This document shows, in pieces, positions 59,901-64,000 of a stretch of 64,000 nt of DNA. Made by a program: the position numbers and the translations under genes. The stretch spans positions 95,604,001 to 95,668,000 of the forward strand of contig CM060731.1 in the NCBI GenBank assembly GCA_030704615.1, read 5' to 3'. The DNA comes from Takakia lepidozioides. Lineage: Eukaryota; Plantae; Bryophyta. The notes beneath the pieces were generated by a model, which searched no databases, was not told where the DNA came from, and was given only the letters and a program-made list of their open reading frames with translations. The first letter of the stretch is position 1; each line of letters opens with the position of its first letter.

Positions 59901-61689
59901 TCTCGTCAAGCACCGGAAGTCCTGCACGTTCAAGATCGCCATCTCCTTTGAGCACAGGGCGCGTGCCCCGGCAACATAACGAGCCATCTGTAGTAAAGCA
60001 ATACAACATTCCCATTGTGGAGACAAGAGTGTCGGAGTCACAGTGGAGAATTGCGAGGACATTGCCGGCATTTCGAGGGAAGTGTTGCGCCATCCGGGTG
60101 GATACGAGAGCACGCTGTGGTGAGATGATTCGGAGGAACCCACACGGTGCTGTACCTGCACCTTGTTTCAGCGGCAGATTTTTGACTCCCACATTTGCTC
60201 ACGCCACAACGCAGACATTTTGGTTCTGTAGGCACGACATAATGACCTGTGTATTTGGCAAGCCCAAGTACGGGATTCAGGGAATGCCGGAGCCTCCGGG
60301 CGTCTGGCCTGTTGCACCGGGTTGCAGCCTCTCTCAGAATGAGGCGGATGCTCTATCTGCAGCAGGATTTCGAATGGTGCAACGCACAGACATCCCGGCC
60401 CACGCATTTCCGGTTCCTCAGACCCAGCCATTGCAGACTGCTCGGTCCAGTAGAGACGGATTGGACAATTCTGCACATCCCACAATGCGATTCGGAAGAG
60501 TGAAGAGACGACACCCTCCCAACAAGTTGAATGAGACTCGGATTGCCAATGCTCTTGGGATGGCTTGCACTATTCAGAGCTCCGTGGACGTACCCCCACC
60601 CGGCCTTGGGCGTGTGTATCGGATGGCAACGGCCGGCTCGGCTGTACGCGACGATGTATACACAATTACGATTGGAGTGGAGCCGACTTGCAACTGTACG
60701 GACTTCTCGTTGATGGAAGCAAAGAAGGGTTCGAAGTATTATCCGTGCAAGCATCTGTATTACATTTACCTGAAGAGGTTGAGGATGAACGTGACTATTG
60801 ATGACTTTATTCATGCACCGGCGTTGAGCGTGAACGAGCTGCACAAACTCCTCCTTAGGGATTCCAGAAATCATTGATGGGGCAAACGGAATCCTCCATA
60901 TGGATATTTTCAAATGCATTTTGCTGTATCAGACTTTTTTTTTGCAGTGTAATGAAATGCACCCCAAAACTCCTGGAATGAGGCAATATTCCATTCAAAC
61001 TGAGATCCAACAGAAGCAGTTGTGGGGCCATTTCTGGAAAAATGGCGCCGAATTTCTCTTTTTGGGGCCGAAAACTCGCTAAGTCCCAACATGCACTGGT
61101 ACGAATTTCTCTTTTTGGGCCGAAAAACTCGCTAAGTCCCAACATGCACTGGTACTGTGTCTGGAAAAATGGCGCCGAATTTCTCTTTTTTGGGCCGAAA
61201 ACTGGCTAAGTCCCAACATGCACTGGTACAGTGTCTGGAAAAATGGCGCCGAATTTCCCTATTTTGCGCCGAAAACTGGCTAAGTCCGAACATGCACTGG
61301 AAAAATGGCGCCGAATTACCTGTCATGAGGGGACCTATAGCCGCGGAATTCGGCACCATTTTTCGCCAGAGAGACCTATTGCCGCGAAATACGTCGCCGT
61401 TTTTTCAGGTTACGGACCCTATTACCGCGAAATTCGGCGCCATATTTGCACATGTCGCTGGGAATTGGCATGAGCGGAAGACGAAATATCATGAGCACAA
61501 CTGTCAAAAGTGCAATTTTCCCTTCAAGGGGCCGAATAATATATTTGTTTTTCCTGACACATTGCATTAAATTATTGTTTTTTATTGTTTTTTATTTTCG
61601 AAATTTGTACTTCTGCTCATGAAAACCGATTGTGTTACTACTTTGCTCATGCCGCTCATGCCGCTCATGCTCATGAAATAGCAAACCTC
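56093..61689 (+). mobile_element. MULE subfamily 2, copy B, inverted relative to copy A
   Basis: Ends GCTCATGAAATAGCAAACCTC at 61689; reverse-complement match to 50505-55592. Confidence 0.9.
57288..60877 (+). CDS. Subfamily-2 MULE transposase (GCM-like, DDE, SWIM), intron 59375-59459, multiple frameshifts
   Basis: WVMFDH, FMADNAQANWAAIRRVYG, CGFH, TTNMAES after the intron, CNCTDF..YYPCKHLYYI. Confidence 0.85.
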
Positions 61690-64000
61690 AGAATGAGCAC
61701 TTGCATAAATTGGAGTTATGTCTGGCCAGATGCAGGATGAGAGGTCTGGGCCTGAATCCAGAGAAGTGTACTTTCTGTGTGAACTCAGGGGTGCTTCTGG
61801 GACACATTGTGTGTAAGAGGGGACTTCTTGTGGATCCCAGGAAAACAGAGGCCATTAAAGCCTCTCCACCACCAGTGAATGTTAAGAGTCTAAGGAGATT
61901 CCTTGGGCAAACCAGTTATTACAAAAGATTTGTCAGACGGTATGCACAGATAGCAGCACCATTGAGCAAACTTCTGAAGAAAGATGCAGTGTTTGCATGG
62001 ACACCTGAATGTCAACAGGCTTTTGAGGAACTTACATTGTCAGTAACAACTACACCTGTGCTGATTAATCCTCACTGGCAGGAAATATTTCATGTTCATT
62101 GTGATGCTTCTGGAGAAGCACTAGGAGCAGTGTTAGCCCAAAATGTTACAGGAAGGATAGATTCACCTGTGTACTATGCTAGCCGATTGATGAACAATGC
62201 CGAAAGAAATTATAGCACAACGGAAAGAGAAGCATTGGCAATGATCTATGCAGTGAAGAAATTCAGGCATTACCTGTTGGGCAAGAAGTTTATGTTCTAT
62301 GTGGATCACCACGCTCTGATATACCTTGTAAACAAACCTCTGATAAGCGGAAGAATAGCAAGATGGTTGATAATCTTGCACGAGTTTGAGTTCGAGGTTG
62401 TTTACAAGCCTGGAGGCTGCATCTTGTGGCGGATCACTTGTCACGGTTATCAACAGGAAAACCAGCCACGGGAGTAGATGATCAATTACCAGATGCGAGT
62501 CTATTTGCAGTGGAGGTGCAGGGAAGTGCAGATGACTGGTTAGATTGGCAGTGGCCAATCAGATACTACCTTGCTCATGGTCAGTGCCCACCAAGTTATG
62601 GAAAGGAGCAGAGAAAGAGAATTGCTATCAAGGCTCTACCTTACACTATGGTAGGGAGCAGAATGTATAAGCTAGGACCAGATGGAGTGCTGAAGCGATG
62701 CTTATACCACCATGAAGTTAATAAAGTTTTGGAGGAAGTTCATAAAGGAGTGGCAGGAGGTCATTTTGGAGAAGAGACTACCAGTAGGAAGATACTACAT
62801 GCAGGTTACTGGTGGCCTACTTTGTTCAAAGATGTGCACAAGTATTGTCAGAGTTGTGATGAATGTCAGAGGCTAGGACCTTTGCAGAGATCTGGGAAGA
62901 TGGGTTTGCATCCTACAATGCCTACGGAACCATTTCAGAAATGGGGACTAGACTTTGTTGGACCAATTAACCCACTAGCCAAGAATACACAGAACAGGTA
63001 CATAATTACAGCCACTGATTATACTACAAAGTGGGTGGAAGCTAAAGCTTTGAGGGACAACACAGCCAAGTCCACAACAAGGTTCCTGTATGAGAACATA
63101 CTTACATGATTTGGCTGTCCCTTGGAATTTATCAGTGATCAGGGAAGTCACTTCATTAATGAGACCATTGAATTATTGACTAAAGAGTTCATGATTGTGC
63201 ATAGGAAGAGTACAACATATTACCCACAGGGTAATGGGCAGGCAGAGGCTACCAACAAAATACTATGTACTATCTTGGCTAAAATAGTCAATGCAAACAG
63301 AACGGATTGGGATACAAAGCTGCTGACAGCTTTGTGGTCATACAGGACTTCATATAAAGTCACCACTAAGTATACACCATTCCAATTAGTTTATGGTATG
63401 GAAGCTTTACTTCCAGTGGAATTCCTGTTACCTACCATGAGAACGGAATGGAGAAATAGAATGGAATTGCAAGATTCAATTAAGGTCAGGAAACATGAAT
63501 TATACCATGTGGAAGAAGTACGTGCCGATGCAACTGATAACATGACCAGAATTCAGATGAAGAGAAAGGAACAGTTTGATGAAGGAAATATAAAAACTTT
63601 TAAGACGGGAGATTTGGTTCTCTGGTTGCAGAAGAAGGGAAAGATTAAAGCTTCTAAGCTTAAATCACCATAGGACCTTATGTCATACAGAAGATGTATG
63701 ATAACAACACCGTCATGTTACAAACCATTAACAAAGAGATGCTGGGAAGAGTCAATGCCAATAAGTTGAAGGGGTACAGTGGTATCCATGACAAACCATT
63801 GCAGCATGATTTGCATGTTGAAACACAAAAGCAGTCACGGGCTGCGCCAGTGATACCAACAGAGTATGGAGCACTTGTCGCTAGGCCGAGCGTATATGAC
63901 CAGAGCGGGCAGTACAGGCGCGACACAACCTATCACAGCCCATCACAGCGTGTCACAGCCTATCACAGCTTACCACAATGCCACACAGCCTATCACAGCG
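61690..64000 (+). mobile_element. pol: Family B copy E: RT C-terminus, RH, integrase, start of 3' region
   Basis: Colinear with the reverse complement of 47350-49626; HCDASG RH, integrase HHCC/DDE motifs. Confidence 0.92.

Noticed and set aside
50505-61689. A single element with 5-kb TIRs
   Set aside because: No TSD, flanks come from different Gypsy copies, arms differ by substitutions and deletions, centre is a gap

Overview
Eukaryotic, repeat-saturated window, most likely from a non-seed plant: spliceosomal GT-AG introns, fragments of plant MIRO and BSD2 genes, no intact host gene, and a 500-N scaffold gap at 55593-56092. It is a nest of Ty3/Gypsy LTR-retrotransposon fragments from several families (one has a PHD finger fused to integrase) and copies of a large Mutator-like (MULE) DNA transposon in two subfamilies. 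The best copy (3917-19304, 15.4 kb) has 21-bp imperfect TIRs, CATGAGC subterminal heptamers and a 9-bp TSD (ATGGAAAGT), and is inserted into an older copy of itself. It encodes (i) a GCM-like Zn domain + DDE + SWIM transposase, (ii) a divergently transcribed multi-intron gene with a ParB/Srx-like DGNHR domain and a C-terminal beta-class N6A/N4C DNA-methyltransferase-like domain with a non-canonical DIPD motif, and (iii) a divergent pair of small paralogous ORFs I cannot assign. Its non-coding DNA, including introns, carries about 45 copies of a 22-bp palindrome GGAAATGCGGCGCCGCATTTCC. Subfamily 2 uses GGAAATTCGGCGCCGAATTTCC instead. Spacings between sites cluster at whole numbers of helical turns (53, 63, 73-74, 83, 95 bp). 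This transposon-borne ParB-MTase plus phased-palindrome module is the candidate novel system. All domain calls are by eye from motifs; no searches were run.
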